This document shows positions 27,470-40,760 of a stretch of DNA of 64,000 nucleotides, in pieces; the stretch's first letter is position 1, and each line of letters begins with the position of its first letter. The notes under the pieces were generated by a model. It saw only the letters and a list, made by a program, of their open reading frames with translations, had not been told where the DNA came from and searched no databases. The stretch lies in contig NC_058368.1 in NCBI RefSeq assembly GCF_018350175.1, forward strand, positions 147,252,001-147,316,000, read 5' to 3'. The position numbers and the translations under genes were made by a program. Source of the stretch: Felis catus. Its lineage: Eukaryota.

Positions 27470-27680
27470 TTATACAGCCTTCCAGTTATGGAATGAATAA
27501 GTCACAGGAATAAAAAGTACAGCACAGGGAATACAGTCAATGGATTTGTAATAGCATTGCATGGTAACAGATGGTAGCTACACTTGTGGTAAGCATAGCA
27601 TAGTGTATAAACTTGTGGAATCACTATGCTGTATACCTGAAACTAATGTTATTATATGCCAACTACACTCAAATAAAAAA
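27470..27680 (+). mobile_element. Carnivore L1 3' end, inserted in an L2 remnant
   Basis: ttccagttatggaatgaataagtcac...gatggtagctacacttgtggt...tatacctgaaactaat...caactacactcaaataaaaaa. Confidence 0.88.
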
Positions 27681-30600
27681 TTAATGGATAATTAGTAGAC
27701 CTGAAACAAATGCAATAGAATTGCAATCGTATGTGCAAGAGGGGTACTGGTAGCAGAGAAAGTCAGAGATTAGCAGAGCCTGGTTATGACAAGCCTCACA
27801 AACCAGATTAGGGATTATCCTGAGGGTAATGGAAAGTTACTTAATTGTTTCAAGCAAACAATGACTGATCAGATGCACATAAAATTGATGTGTAGGATTA
27901 GCTACTTGATGGAATTACTGAGGGAATGTTTCTATTTCTGCTACAAAGTATATCTCTGTCTCAATAATAGACAGGGTGGCGGGAGGCAGTATGATACCAA
28001 AGGAAGTAGAAGCTTTTTAAATGGCATGTGGTGGGGCATAGGTGACATCTGAGCAGGCAGTCAGAGGATTTGTAGGTAGTGTTGGTGTTCAGCTGGTGTT
28101 GAAGGCTAGAAAACTACTGGCACCAGTCTCTGTATGGTGTGGCACTTCTTATACTGCGCTTAGTAGAAAAGGACGATGATGCCATTAATCCAAGGTCAGA
28201 TGTTTTCCACTTGTGTGCAGCTCAGAATGATAAGTCAAGATAATTAAGATGTGGGCAAGAGAGTGGCTTTGGTGATAGATGGCTTTGGCTAGTAAAGGGA
28301 GAGAGACCAGGCTTTAAGGAGCTGAAACAGAAGGGTGGAGGGACACAGGAATGGGAGGTCTGAAGTCAAAGAACCGGAGTTGTGTAAGAAACTAAGTGAG
28401 TTATGGATTTGATATGAGTTATGGAGTCATATGCTAAATGCACATATACATTTTGAATATATTTTATAAAATGTTAGAAAACTGTAATCTTTAGATTAAC
28501 AACATACTGAGCCATTCTTGACGTGACCATAATGAGCGAAGGAGAATTAGCAAGAAAGTAACCTTCTCTGTACCAGTACCTAATTCAAGGTTATTAATGT
28601 CTTGTTTGCCCACCACCTAAAATCATCCCATGACAATCAGCACTGAGTACCGGACTTTTGAAAACAGTGTGTTAAGACACAAGAAATGTCTGAGAGATGC
28701 TAAGCATGCCATGGAATTTGTGTGCTATGAATGGGTGGGGGGGGGGGGAGGGGGGCTCTCCAATTTCAAGAAAAAGGTGAGCAGCAGAAATTTAGACCTG
28801 ACCAGAGCAGGCAGACCTATATGAGAACGTGAATTAGTTAAGATCCCTAGGCAGAAAGTGTTTCAGTTTTAGTAGTCACCAAAGATATTAAAATGTCTAA
28901 AATGGAATGAGATTACCTGGTATAAGATTTCCAGAATAATTCATTCCCAACAGTGCCCTGCTTGATGGGCAAACTCAGACCTCTGTAAAGAGCAAATTGT
29001 AACTTGAATTGATTTTGCTGAGTCTTTGCTTTTGTCGGTAAAGATGAGATGGTTCAATGTGTTAGGATCTTTTATTTTGAAAACAGCGGTAGCTCTTAAG
29101 GAAAACATTTAGAAACAAATTCATGGCTTCCTTATACCTTGCAGGCCTACATCATGAATGTACAAACCCTTTACGCACAGACCTCACCTTAAGTTCATGT
29201 TAATTTGTCTGCTTTACCTTTCTTCCTCTGTCCTGTTTTCCGTATCCAGCTACACGGAACCAGAAAAACAATCATCCTCACCCTTCTAACCAGTTTTAGG
29301 AGGAGGATGTAAAATCCTTACACTGCATATATTGGAAGTTCAAGCATGAATGAAGGGAAGACAATTGTCTCCAAATGTGATCCAGCCCAGTGTGAGCACC
29401 TCCTAAGTGTGTGGGGGGGTGGGGGGGTGGGGTGATGGTGCGTACCTAGCAAGGCCTTCTGATGAACTTGATCTTTCTTCCTAGGTTAGACCTCTGCTAT
29501 TACCTCCAAGCATGAGATCTGCAATGGGGGATTTGAACCGGGGAGTGGGGCAGATTTCAGAACAAGAAAGAAAAACATGGTGACTGAGATAGAGAAGCAA
29601 GTCTTGGAATGGAATGCATCAATGGAGAGAAATAACATAAAAGGCTCAACCTTCTGTTCCCTTCTTTCTTGATTTAAGAAAGAGTCATATTAAACATCAA
29701 GGTTATTTCTTATCTATCATGTCATTTTTATTTCTTCCAAGCAGTTTCAAATCTCCAGTACCATCTTTGCAACAAGAAGCTTTTGTGTCAGTGGGCTTGA
29801 AGAGACTTTAGCGGTGGGTGGTAAAAGAAAATGCTGGCTTCCTCCTATCACACCTCAGCTCAGTTATGAGCCACATTAGCTGTGGCATTTGGAGGAAGAG
29901 CAGAAGCCTGGAAGTTTACTCTGCGGTCTACTCTTAAGTGAACAAGGGCAGATAGACAAACTGAGAACAAGCAACACAACAGGGTCTATATGACTGAGGA
30001 AAACAAGCCCTTTACAAATCTACAGATTTGGGGATTTCTAATACTATACTGGTACACTTTCTCCAGAAGCCTGAAAGATTAGGGAAAACCCAGGTGATTG
30101 CATTCAAGATTATAGGGATTAATTTTCTATAATGAGTTTATTTAGAATATGAGTTATAAATGTTGCATGATTCATATCTGAATTTAAAGATGCCTCTGTA
30201 AAATCATTCTGAATAAAGGCAGAGTATTAATTAATCAATCTATCTAATGAGTTCAAATTTTCTTAGGGATTAATCATGGCTATATGTAATGATCTTCAGA
30301 ACACATAAGAGATGAAGCATATTTGTTTTCAATAAACCAAACTGGACATAAAAATTAATTAATATTTATGAGTAATTGAAGTAAATATAGCAGCTTTCTC
30401 TTCAGTTCTGAAAAAAAACCCACACATCTCAAAAAAGGAATCACAACATACATAGAGAAGAATGGCTATATTATCTTAAATTATGCATTTTAATTGATGA
30501 GGTTTCAAGGAGTATATTTTTATATGACACATCCAAATTGTTAAACGTATTATATACTTTTGTGACATATTATACTTGTTTGAGCAAAACTGAAGTGATT

Positions 30601-31639
30601 AGTCATATAGTTATTCTAATGAAACGAATTGTAAAAGAAACAAATATAAAATCCTTAAGTCTAAATTAGGCCAGTGTTAGTGGCAGACAGGCATTACTAT
30701 GTAGAGACTGACAGTAAGAAAACAACTTCCTTGGAAAGTATTGGCATAGTGGGAAAAAAACTGGAAAAACTGTCTTATATGGAGAAAGAGTGACAAATCT
30801 TCCAGTTCACATGATTTCCATTAAAATTCACTCTCGCGGGAAAGCCTAAGAAAATTATTTATCAAGCATAAGGCACTCAGACACACAGTGGGGGAAAGTT
30901 GGGTGTTTTATAACGTTGCAAGATATTATTTGAAGACTGAAAAATGAAATTCTTGTATCTTAAATCTCAAAGAAATAATCTGGGATGTAAACAATAATTC
31001 CCAAATACATATCACTTGAATCTTGTGGATAAAACAGTTAACCAACTGACTTTTAATCCATTTCTCTTTCTTTTCTTTATCAGGTGTATGATCCAAGGGA
31101 AAGAAAGTTAGATGTTTCAGTTCTTTGTAAACATAGTAACACTTACTGGGAGGAGATACCTTACCTGTGAATGGTCTTAGCAAGGTGTCTCTAGTTTAGG
31201 ATTGTTTATGGTAAACAAATCTATAATCCTTGGATTTATAAAACACAGCTCCATGGCAAATGCCATGTAAAGTATACAACTATATGAAGATAGCGTATTA
31301 CCTAAACAGCTATCATCACCCTCATAGATATGGTAACACATGTACCTTTTCTGGGTCAGAAAGCATGTGTTCAAAGGAGGAAAGAAAGATCTGGGAGCTA
31401 TCATCAATGTCCTAAAACTCCCCTTGATTTGCCTATGCTTCTTGACTGCCTAGATCTTTGAAATCATTAGTAAGCTTTGATATTGGATAAGAGCTCTGAT
31501 TTGACAAATCTCTGACTTGACTACTCTGATTTGACAATCCAACATTTTGAATTAGCTCAACTCTACTTACAGAACCTTTCTAAAAATGTTGTATAGCATA
31601 AAAATGAAATTCCTGAAGTCATTTAAATGCCCACAAGTT

Positions 31640-31855
31640 GGGGCGCTTATGTAGCTCAGTCAGTTAAGCGTCCAACTTTGGCTTAGGTCATGATCTGACA
31701 GTTTGTGAGTTTGAGTCCCACATTGGGCTTCTGCTGACAGCTCAGAGCTGAAGACTGCTTTGGGTTCTGTGTCTCCCTTTCTCTCCCTGCCCTTACCCTG
31801 CTCTCACTCTCTCTCTCTCTCTCAAAAATAAATAAACATTTAAAAAATAAATAAA
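31640..31855 (+). mobile_element. Feliform Can-SINE
   Basis: ggggcgc...gctcagtcagttaagcgtcc head, (CT)n and AATAAA tail. Degenerate TSD aatg.c.acaagtt. Confidence 0.93.
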
Positions 31856-32191
31856 TCAATGACTACAAGTTAAGGAACAGTTAAGCAACCTTCACATAAA
31901 ATAACTATGGAGTATACAGAGTAGAATATTGCCAATTAACTTAAAAATAGGAAAACCACTTAGTTACATGCTAATATCTACATGGAATTCTATTAAACGC
32001 AAGATGAAAGAGCACGTTCTATTCTACAATTAAGTAGAAATTATACAATGAGTATACACAATAAAAGGCACTGAGAATAGTAAATTGATTTTTTGAAATA
32101 GCAGGGCTAAGATGGAGAATTTTGTTATAAGGCGTTTGAGAAAGAGGAATGTCAACACAGGCAAGGAAACCAGTGTGAAAGTTCTTGTAAC

Positions 32192-32563
32192 TGTCAGATT
32201 ATAGTCATTAAGACTTCACAAATGTACCAGTTCTCCTCACAGATACATGGTAGGATTGCACTTCTCCAACCCTTTTGAAGTTCATAGTAGCCATGTAAAT
32301 TTTTTGGCCAATATTGTGAGAAGTAATGTGTATCATTTCTGAGAGATGTTTTAAGAACTAAGGAATGATTGACCATGTTTGTTTCACACTACTATGGTGA
32401 CTGTAGGAACAACTCTTGAGATGCAGCCTTTGTTAGTTGGGTCCCTGAGTGTCTACAATAAGCAGAGATCTCCAACTAACCCACACTGGACATGTATGCT
32501 AAGCCACTGAAATCTGGATGTGGCTCATTCCTGAGCATAACCAAGCTCATCTGGATTGATTCA
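32192..32563 (+). mobile_element. Old MLT1 (H/I/J-like) MaLR LTR
   Basis: ggtaggattgcacttc...ttttggccaat...gggtccctgagt...taagccactgaaat...gcataacc. Confidence 0.7.
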
Positions 32564-34074
32564 GCAAGAAAACATAACAATTTGCAAACTATAAAGAGCT
32601 AAGCAAACTTTGTGGAAACAAAGACTCTTAGTACTATAGGATATCAATCAGGAGTCCGTAAGAGGGGCTGAACTTAATAGTATTGCAGAGTAAGAACCAA
32701 ATGAATATATGAGGTCATGTTGAAGAAGAGCATGGAATTAAAGGTGACTTGGATGTTTTATGCCTGACAGAGATATTGGTAATGTCAATGAGAGAGGGAA
32801 TACATGAAGGAAGAGAGAAGAAAGTAAAGAACATTCATTTTTGCAAATAGGCCATTAGATGTGGCTAGCTGATGTCTGAAAATAGAAATCTGAAATTCAA
32901 GAGACAGACCAGACTATAGCAAAGATGGACAAGAGAAAGCGACCTTCTATATACTATGAGCTGGTTATTCCCCCTAGGTCTTTTACATATAATATCTCCA
33001 ATAATGATGACATAATTTTACCATTTCACTGAGAGAACTGAGTCACTAAGAGGTTTAGCTACCTGGATTTGGGAATCCTGTCTACGCAGGAAGCCTTGGG
33101 GAGATTACAGAAAATTGGGTCAGGGAGACAGTAAAGATAATATTAAATAAGCAGACAAAGAAAACAGAACACTAAATAGGACCAGACATCTTTAAACCCA
33201 ACAAAAAGTACAATACCAGAGATGGCAAGGCAGGAAATGTCAAGAAGTAATGGACTGCTGTTCATGTTTAATGCTGCAGGGAAAACTAAATAGACTCATC
33301 TTCAAACTATTGAATTTTGTTTTCAAATGGTTAACTTATGAGAGAAAAAACTGAGAAGTACTCAGTTTTAATGTATTAATAATCTGCAGAACATTAAGCT
33401 GAACAAATCTCAAAGATGGGGTGTTTTATGAGGATTCCACCTCATGTTTGCCTAAATTAAAATCCAGGGAATTAAGTAAATACTACCACTAGGAATATTT
33501 TTTTATTTCTTCAGATAAAAAGTCTGAGGCAAAGATGACCCAACAGATGTTGAATGAACCCCTTATCAGGCCTAAATCATATAGGTAAATTAATTCCACA
33601 AATTGCTCTCCAAAGAAATTTGAATCTCAGTGCTGATTTTGGTGTGCCAACAGCACATGTTCCTGGTGGGTCGTAATGCTTAATGAGATGCATGGGAACC
33701 TCTGAATTGGATGAATATTCAAAGTGATCTTCAGGGAAATCCTGAATTAGAATGCACTCCAATAATTTAATTGAAAGGTCACCTAGGTGAGTGACTTACA
33801 AAATCTGTCACATAATGGAAGCCTTGTACTCTCACAAGTGGCCATTAACAACTTTCAGTCAAGGGCTCATCCCATTTCCAGACTTATAAGAAGATAATAC
33901 TCCTTACTTATAAAAAAAGTGTCAACATTTCTCTAAAAAAATACTTATTTTACATAATGCGAGAGAAAATACTTGCATTATTGCATATTAACTATCTCAG
34001 AAAAGAGGCAAAATTTTATGCAAGGAAAGTGCACATCTGTAGATACATTCTTTTTTTTTTTTATTTGGATTGGT

Positions 34075-34310
34075 GGGGTGCCTGGTTGGCTCAGTTGGTT
34101 GAGTGTCCGACTCTAGCTCAGGTCATGATCTCATGGCTGGTGAGTTAGAGCCCTGTGTCGGCCTCTGTGCAGATAGTTCAGAGCCTGGAGCCTGCTTCGG
34201 ATTCTATGTCTCCCTCTCTCTCTGCCTCTCCCCTGCTCGTGCTCTGTCTCTCCCTTTCTCTCAAAATAAATAAACATTAAAAAAAATTAAAAAAACAAAA
34301 AATAAATAAA
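34075..34310 (+). mobile_element. Feliform Can-SINE
   Basis: ggggtgcctggttggctcagttggtt head and A-rich tail. TSD atttggattg at 34063-34072 and 34311-34320. Confidence 0.95.
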
Positions 34311-36399
34311 ATTTGGATTGTTCTATGCTTTTGCCATTCCTTAGACGTGATCAACAATTCTTGCAGATACTGGATTCTATCATTAGAAAATAGCTTTGAT
34401 TTACCTGTTTGTTCCACAGAGATTTCCACCTTTTTATTCTGTACTATTATTACTTCATTGCTAAAATAGCTAATGAAAGCAAAACATCAAACACAATTTT
34501 ACATTAGTAAAGACTGTTTACGGCATTTGTTGGGCACAGTGAATAAATCTAATAGTTGTTATTTATAATGATTAGGATTTATTTAAAATACTTCATTAGA
34601 AAGTAATTAGTTGTCCTGGCAAAAGTTCACATTTACATAACCCTGCTATTTCCCTATATATTCCTCTGTATATCCACTGAAACTAACAGGAAAACACACA
34701 ACCAGTTTTAAAATATTTTGAATATTGTCTATCCTAATTGTATTTGTTACAGATTTTTTAAAATTTTCATCAAAATGTAGACAAAAATACAACTGAATTT
34801 TTGCAATTAATGTATTTTTATAACCAAGTTCCATGTTTTTGACATTCAGCCCATTCCTTAATTATAAAATTCCTTTCGTTCAATTATATTTTGAAATTTG
34901 CATGTATGACTATTAAATGTCTAGTTTTAGCCATTATCCAATTAGTTTCTATATCTAAGTCTACATGCAAACTGTCCTTCCCTTGTCTGCTTGAGTTCCA
35001 ATTAACTTGAGCCTTCAGCAGGCCCCGTATTACTGCAACATTGGTATCCTTCAAAGAGTCTTATGCTCTTCTTTGAAATAACCTATTAGTGATCTCAAAG
35101 TCATTCTTAAAATTCTTTTTTTTCTTATGATCATTTATAAGCATAAGTTAATTGGCCCAAGGCCAACTATCAAAAAAATGGCTAAATGCGAAATGATATT
35201 TTTGTATGACTTTTAAACGGAATATGCCTTATAAGTAGCCTTGGTAATTAAAGTAATAGCCTTTTACTCAGCCACATATATATGTTAACACATGTCTGTT
35301 TTCTACTTTTTTCTAGGAAAGATTTTAGATAGCTCCAAAGTATGTGAAATAGCTAGAAACATTCAAATAACCAACAAAAATAAGGATGGACAGTAATCTG
35401 ACAAGCAGCAAGAAAAACAATAAAGTCAGATGGGTCACTGTAAAACTGCATCTCTTTCACCGAGGCAATGTGAAATGTGTAACAGCCATAATATTTAAAA
35501 TCTTATAAAGAAGCTGTGTCCACTTGAACTTGACTCTTTAATGACAGACTGCGAACACTAAAGCTATTCTCAATTTCTATCAATCATGGGGTAGAAAAGT
35601 TGGCAGTGCTGTAACACTCAGCAACAGAACACACATATTTACTGAGTAGCCGGTTTATGGTAAATAAAGTGGAAGAAATTCCATTAAAATGTTTTCCTGA
35701 CACATTTTTTTTTCCACAGCAATCTACTCATATTTTCTTCTCTATCCCTCACGTTACTCAACATGAGATCTCCCAGGAGTAGTTTCCACATCATACTGAG
35801 ACACTTGGTTCTTGTTACCTGAATCTAGAAACAGCCTAAACTTATGTCTAAGCACATTCTAATTCACCTTTTAGCATCATTCTTTGCAAGGGATATTTTC
35901 TAGATGTAAAAAGTGTATTAGCCTACCAACAAGATTTACATATTAGAATTATAATGAAAGTGAAATTTAAAGTAGTAATAGTTTAAAGTCCCTGTGTTCA
36001 TTAAAGTAACGTTAAGCTTTAGTTCCCAAGTTGCTAAAATGAATGTGGACAACAGACTGTTCTCATTTACCACAGTAAATAATTGTTTTCTATTCAAAAC
36101 AGATCATGCATACTGAGATGATTTTTTTTCCAGTATGATAAAATTGAAATGGAAATAAGGTAAGGTTTAATTTTATGTTTTCTAATTCTGTATTACTCTA
36201 AGCTGACTGGATAAAACAAATGCATTTAGGTTTCTATAATCTGGGGTCCTGCTTTTCTTTTTCTTGGCTTTTATAAGTTAATGAATCCAGCATTAAAGAT
36301 GGAGAATCTATAAAACAGCAAGCAATTATAAAATTATGTCAAAATATTTAAGAAGAAATTTGTGAATATCACTTTTCTTCTTTAAAATTAGTTACTTTA

Positions 36400-36772
36400 G
36401 GTAAATTCCTAGCAGTGCTATTGCTGGGTCATAGTGTAGGTCTATTTTTAATTTTTGGAGGAACCTCCACACTGTTTTCCAGAGTGGCTGCACCAATTTG
36501 CATTCCCACCAACAATGCAAGAGGGTTCTGTGGATCCTGAGAAACTTAACAGAAACCCATGGGGGAGGGGAAGGAAAAAAAAGGGGGGTTATAGTGGAAG
36601 AGAGCCAAAGCATAAGAGACTCTTAAAAACTGAGAACAAACTGAGGATTGATGGGGGGTGGGAGGCAGGGGAGGGTGGGTGATGGGTATTGAGAAGGGCA
36701 CCTTTTGGGATGAGCTCTGGGTGTTGTATGGAAACCAATTTGACAATAAACTTCATATATTGACTAAATAAG

Positions 36773-36811
<39 letters not shown>

Positions 36812-36835
36812 AAATGTTCTGTTAAAGAAAATATA
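36400..36835 (+). mobile_element. Felid L1 insertion with 5' inversion (antisense ORF2 C-terminal piece plus sense 3'UTR)
   Basis: 36400-36528 on the minus strand encodes [42 protein letters not shown] (L1 ORF2). 36529-36814 is plus-strand 3'UTR with a (TAAA)n tail. TSD taaaat(t/g)agttacttta at 36383-36399 and 36836-36852. Confidence 0.93.
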
Positions 36836-37305
36836 TAAAATGAGTTACTTTATACTGTGGTTATATAAGGTTGTTTATCTCCATTTTTTTCTCTCTCCAG
36901 ATGTTTCATAAACATACATAAGTTTAAAATATTATATATTATAGTTGTTATCTAATTTTTTACCTAGAACTCATTTCTTAGAACATTAAGAATTTCCTTC
37001 CACTGATATTGAAGTTAGCTCCACCTTTATTGAATTATATTGGCTGACGTTTTGACAATATCTGCAGGATTTATGAAAGCTATCTGTGTTGTTTTATTGA
37101 GTAAACTAGGATCTCATTATTTTATTTTATGACCAATTTTTTAAACCAGAAAATGCAAAATACATGTAGTGAAAGAAAAAACATCCCACCAATTCTTATG
37201 GATCTTTCATTATACATCAACATATTAATTTACTTAAAATTTTCAGGTTCAGAAAATGAAAAACTAATTCATTTTACATTTATTTACCACATGTACTTTA
37301 GTTGT

Positions 37306-37763
37306 TGTAGTAGGTTGAACCATGTCCTCCCAAAAGATGTGTCTGCCACCAAATCCCTGGAACCTCTGAATGTCACCCTACTTGAAAAAAAGGGGTCTTT
37401 GCAGTTGTAATTAGGATCTTGAGGTGAGATCATGCTAGAGTACCCAAGTGGGTCTTAAATCCCATGACAAATGTCCTTATAATAGAAATAATAAGAAAAG
37501 CCACAGACTGAAAAGGAAAAGGTAATTCCAATATGGAGGCAGAGATTGGAGTGATACAGCTATAGCCAAGGAAGCCAAAAAATGCTGACAGCCACCATGA
37601 ACTGGAAGAGGCAAGGGAGGATTCTCTCTTAGAGCACTCAGAGGGAGCACAACACTTTGATTTCAGATTTATGATCTCCAGAACTGTGAGAGAATAAATT
37701 TGGGTTGTTTTAAATCACCAGGGTTATGGTAAATGGTTATGGGAACATTGGAAAACTAATATA
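37306..37763 (+). mobile_element. MLT1C/D-type MaLR solo LTR
   Basis: tgtagtaggttgaa...gggtctttgcag...gaggcagagattggagtgat...ctccagaactgtgagagaataaattt...ggaaaactaata. Confidence 0.88.
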
Positions 37764-37962
37764 GGTATAGATAATCCAAGTGATTAGAAGATGATATAAA
37801 TCAAGAAATGTAATTTACATGGTTATAATTTGCACAAATCCATTACCTGCGTATAGGTACTATAATATAGTTTACATATTTTCTAATATTTGAAAAGCAC
37901 TGTTCATTTGATATCTCTCTCACTCTCTCTCTCTGCTTTATGATTCCAACAGCTGATAATAG

Positions 37963-38147
37963 TTTTTTCTAATTTTTTTAATGCTTATTTGTTTTTGAGA
38001 GAGAGAGAGAGAGTGAGAGAGAGAGATTGGGGATCTGAAGCAGGCTCCATGCTGACAGCAGAGAACCCGATGCGGGGTTCAAACTCAAGAACTATACGAC
38101 CAGAGGTGAAGTCGAAAGCTTAACCGACTGAGCTACCTAGGTTCCCC
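37963..38147 (-). mobile_element. Can-SINE (partly deleted)
   Basis: T-rich tail, (GA)n, tctgaagcaggctcc...ttaaccgactgagc. Confidence 0.9.
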
Positions 38148-39249
38148 AGTGGTAATATTTTTTATGATATTGTCTATTGATCATGGCCCAGGTATTCATC
38201 CCCGACTATATTCAGCATTGTTGGCAATGCAATACAGGGACTGAGTCATAGTCAAGACTGAGTCCCCAACCTAAGTGGAAAAACAACTCTAATGCACATC
38301 CAGTACATAATAAAGGAATAAAGGAACTCAAATCCCTTTAAGGACAGAAACTATAGCCTCTGCACACCTCATGAGTGTGAAAGAGAGATAGGTTTTAGAG
38401 ATATGAAAGGGAAAGAAAAGCATGCTCAACAGACAAATGTGAAATAAAGCTTTGAAGTGAGATAAGCACAGCATGTATGACTTGGAACAGAGGAGGCTGG
38501 TATCTCCTAGGGAGAAGAAGCATGGCATGATGGGTCATAAAAACCAGGTACAGGTTTCATGAGTAAAATGAAAGAATGCCTTAAGGGACCAGCTTTTCTT
38601 GGCTCACTCATTTCCAGAATAAGAATAAAATTACTGAGAATCAATAGTTTTATCTCTCAAGCTCCTACCACCCACCCAAGTGTCAGGGATCACAGAGTAA
38701 TTGGATGACAGACATAAAAGACACTGAAAATAAAATCATGTCTGAAAACTCAAGTTACTTAAAAATATGCTTATCTCCCACTTCTATAGCTCTATGGATT
38801 CTCGCAATCTCAAAAGGTAGACAAATTCCTTGAGTATTCTGCCTAAAGAATATCAGACTAAAGATTGATGTATCATAGGAACTCAAAATGCATCAGAATT
38901 TTCAGTGTTTTCTTGAGAATTGTATAAATAAAACTTAGTGTAAAACAATGTGTTTAGATAGGTGAAGGTGCAGAATGCTATAATTCTGAGGGAAACGGCC
39001 CTATCTGTTCACTTTCCAATTATTCTTACCTTAGCTTTGCTTGTATTAGTAGCTTAGTACTTGCATATTTCCTCCTAATCCATTTCTAAGCATGAAGTTA
39101 TGGGATGTATTCATTTCAGGGACTCTGTCTCAGACAGGCATCACATGTCCTCTGTAGAATATTTAAAGCTTTGGCACAAACCACTGGCTGATATGTACAA
39201 TGGGTTTTATTCCTTGTTTTAATGTTTTAAGAACTGGATTGTTCATTCC

Positions 39250-39431
39250 TTTTTTATCTTCTTTTTTTGTTTTAACATGAAATTTATTGTCAAATTGGTT
39301 CCCATACAACACCCAGTACTCATCCCAACAGGTGCCCTCCTCAATACCTATCATCCACCCTCCCCTCCCTCCCACCCCCCATCAACCCTCAGTTTGTTCT
39401 CAGTTTTTAAGAGTCTCTTATGGTTTGGTTC
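39250..39431 (-). mobile_element. Felid L1 3' end fragment
   Basis: tgaaatttattgtcaaattggtt...caccccccatcaaccctcagtttgttctcagtttttaagagtctctta, the reverse complement of the 3'UTR at 36610-36760. Confidence 0.92.
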
Positions 39432-40419
39432 GCATCTAGTATGTGTTTGAAACAACCAACAATGTTATTTAAATTGGATAAAAATCCTGGATATTGTTTA
39501 AATTAGATGAAAAATACTGGATATTTTCTTGTTTAAATTTATGTCTGGAGAAGGAGAAAATCAGATAGGAATATATATGGATATCATGTTAAACATATCC
39601 CTTAAATTGAAGACAAAATAGTGAATATTTCTCATTTAGACTCCTGTTTAGAGAAGCTGAATCAATAGGAAATGAATCTCTAAATCTTGGTGAATTCTAG
39701 CAGTTGAAGGTTTTCTTTGGGTAAATATCTCTTTTTTAAGTGTATCCCCCAAATATACTATGCCCAGGTACAGTTTATTTTTAAATGTGCTATTCAAAGA
39801 CTTAAAAAATCTACTGTCCATGCAACTTTAAAAAATATTTCCTGAACATGCCTGTGAGTTTAATAGGAATCAATAACAATGAGATCATGACTAAGTGATT
39901 ATACTAAACAACGGCAGGTCCCTGCACATTCCTCTTGGAGTCCAAGCCAGTGGCCAGTGGCCCCACAGGCCTGCCCAGCCCATGTGTGCAGGGCCCTGCG
40001 TTCCGCCTCCTTGCCCTGAGCCACCCAGTCTCCTGCCCATGCCCAGCACTGGATTGTGGTTGTTGTCAGGTTTGAGACTTCTTAATATCACTGCTGCATT
40101 TTCCATATAGTAATTACTAACTATGGCTAAATTACTAACATTGTTAGGACACCACACTGAAAGAATTACCAAGAAAAACACATTTATTCTATTGCAACAA
40201 AAGCAGAAAAACAAAGACCAATGTCAAGGGATTTTAGTAATTTTAAAGCATCTTTAAGATTCTTAGCAAATCATTAGTGCCACTCTTTTATTTATTAATT
40301 TCTTAAATGGGGAAATGCATCTATTATCAGCCCTCTATTTCATTTGACAGGAAGAACTGTGTATGTTCTTGGGTTGATAGTGCTTTGAAATTAGCACAAA
40401 ATCAGTATGGCTGACTTTA

Positions 40420-40760
40420 TTAATTAATCCAATCATACTACAAGTATTTATTAAGCATCTACCATATACCAAACATCTGCTATAATAGCTAGAGATTCAG
40501 TAGTGAATAAAATAGACCAAAAAGTTCTAAGCCTCAGAAGTTAATATTCAGCCTGGATAGACAATAAAGAAGCTGTATATGTAGGAGCTACATACTAGGA
40601 GATCTGACAAGGTGGAGAAGGAGTAACCTTTTTAGAGACAAAGAGAAGGCCTCCCTGAGAAGATATCTTTGGATCAAGACAGGAAAGATGTGATGAGGCA
40701 GTCAGGCAGATACCTGCGGGAGAAGCCATCAGATGGTGGATCTGTGAGTGCACAGCCCTG
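40420..40760 (-). mobile_element. L2 LINE fragment
   Basis: caagtatttattaagcatctaccatatacc...gctagagattcagtagtgaataaaatagac...gaaggcctccctgagaag. Confidence 0.65.

Noticed and set aside
28733..29433. G-runs at 28733-28754 and 29413-29433 as regulatory G4s
   Set aside because: Isolated near-homopolymer runs with no nearby exon or promoter context to support a function.
31140..31175. Strong minus-strand donor-like sites (CAG|GTAAGG; also near 57785 and 59070) as extra EDIL3 exons
   Set aside because: The two identified exons join without missing residues, and no EDIL3-like peptide precedes these donors.
31494..31540. Short direct repeats (ctctgatttgac x3; also 23243-23290 and 39466-39525) as a CRISPR-like array
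   Set aside because: Only two or three degenerate copies without unique regular spacers. These are ordinary local duplications in a mammalian intron.
36392..36613. ORF with [13 protein letters not shown] as a host zinc-binding protein
   Set aside because: It is a LINE-1 ORF2 C-terminal fragment inside a rearranged insertion.
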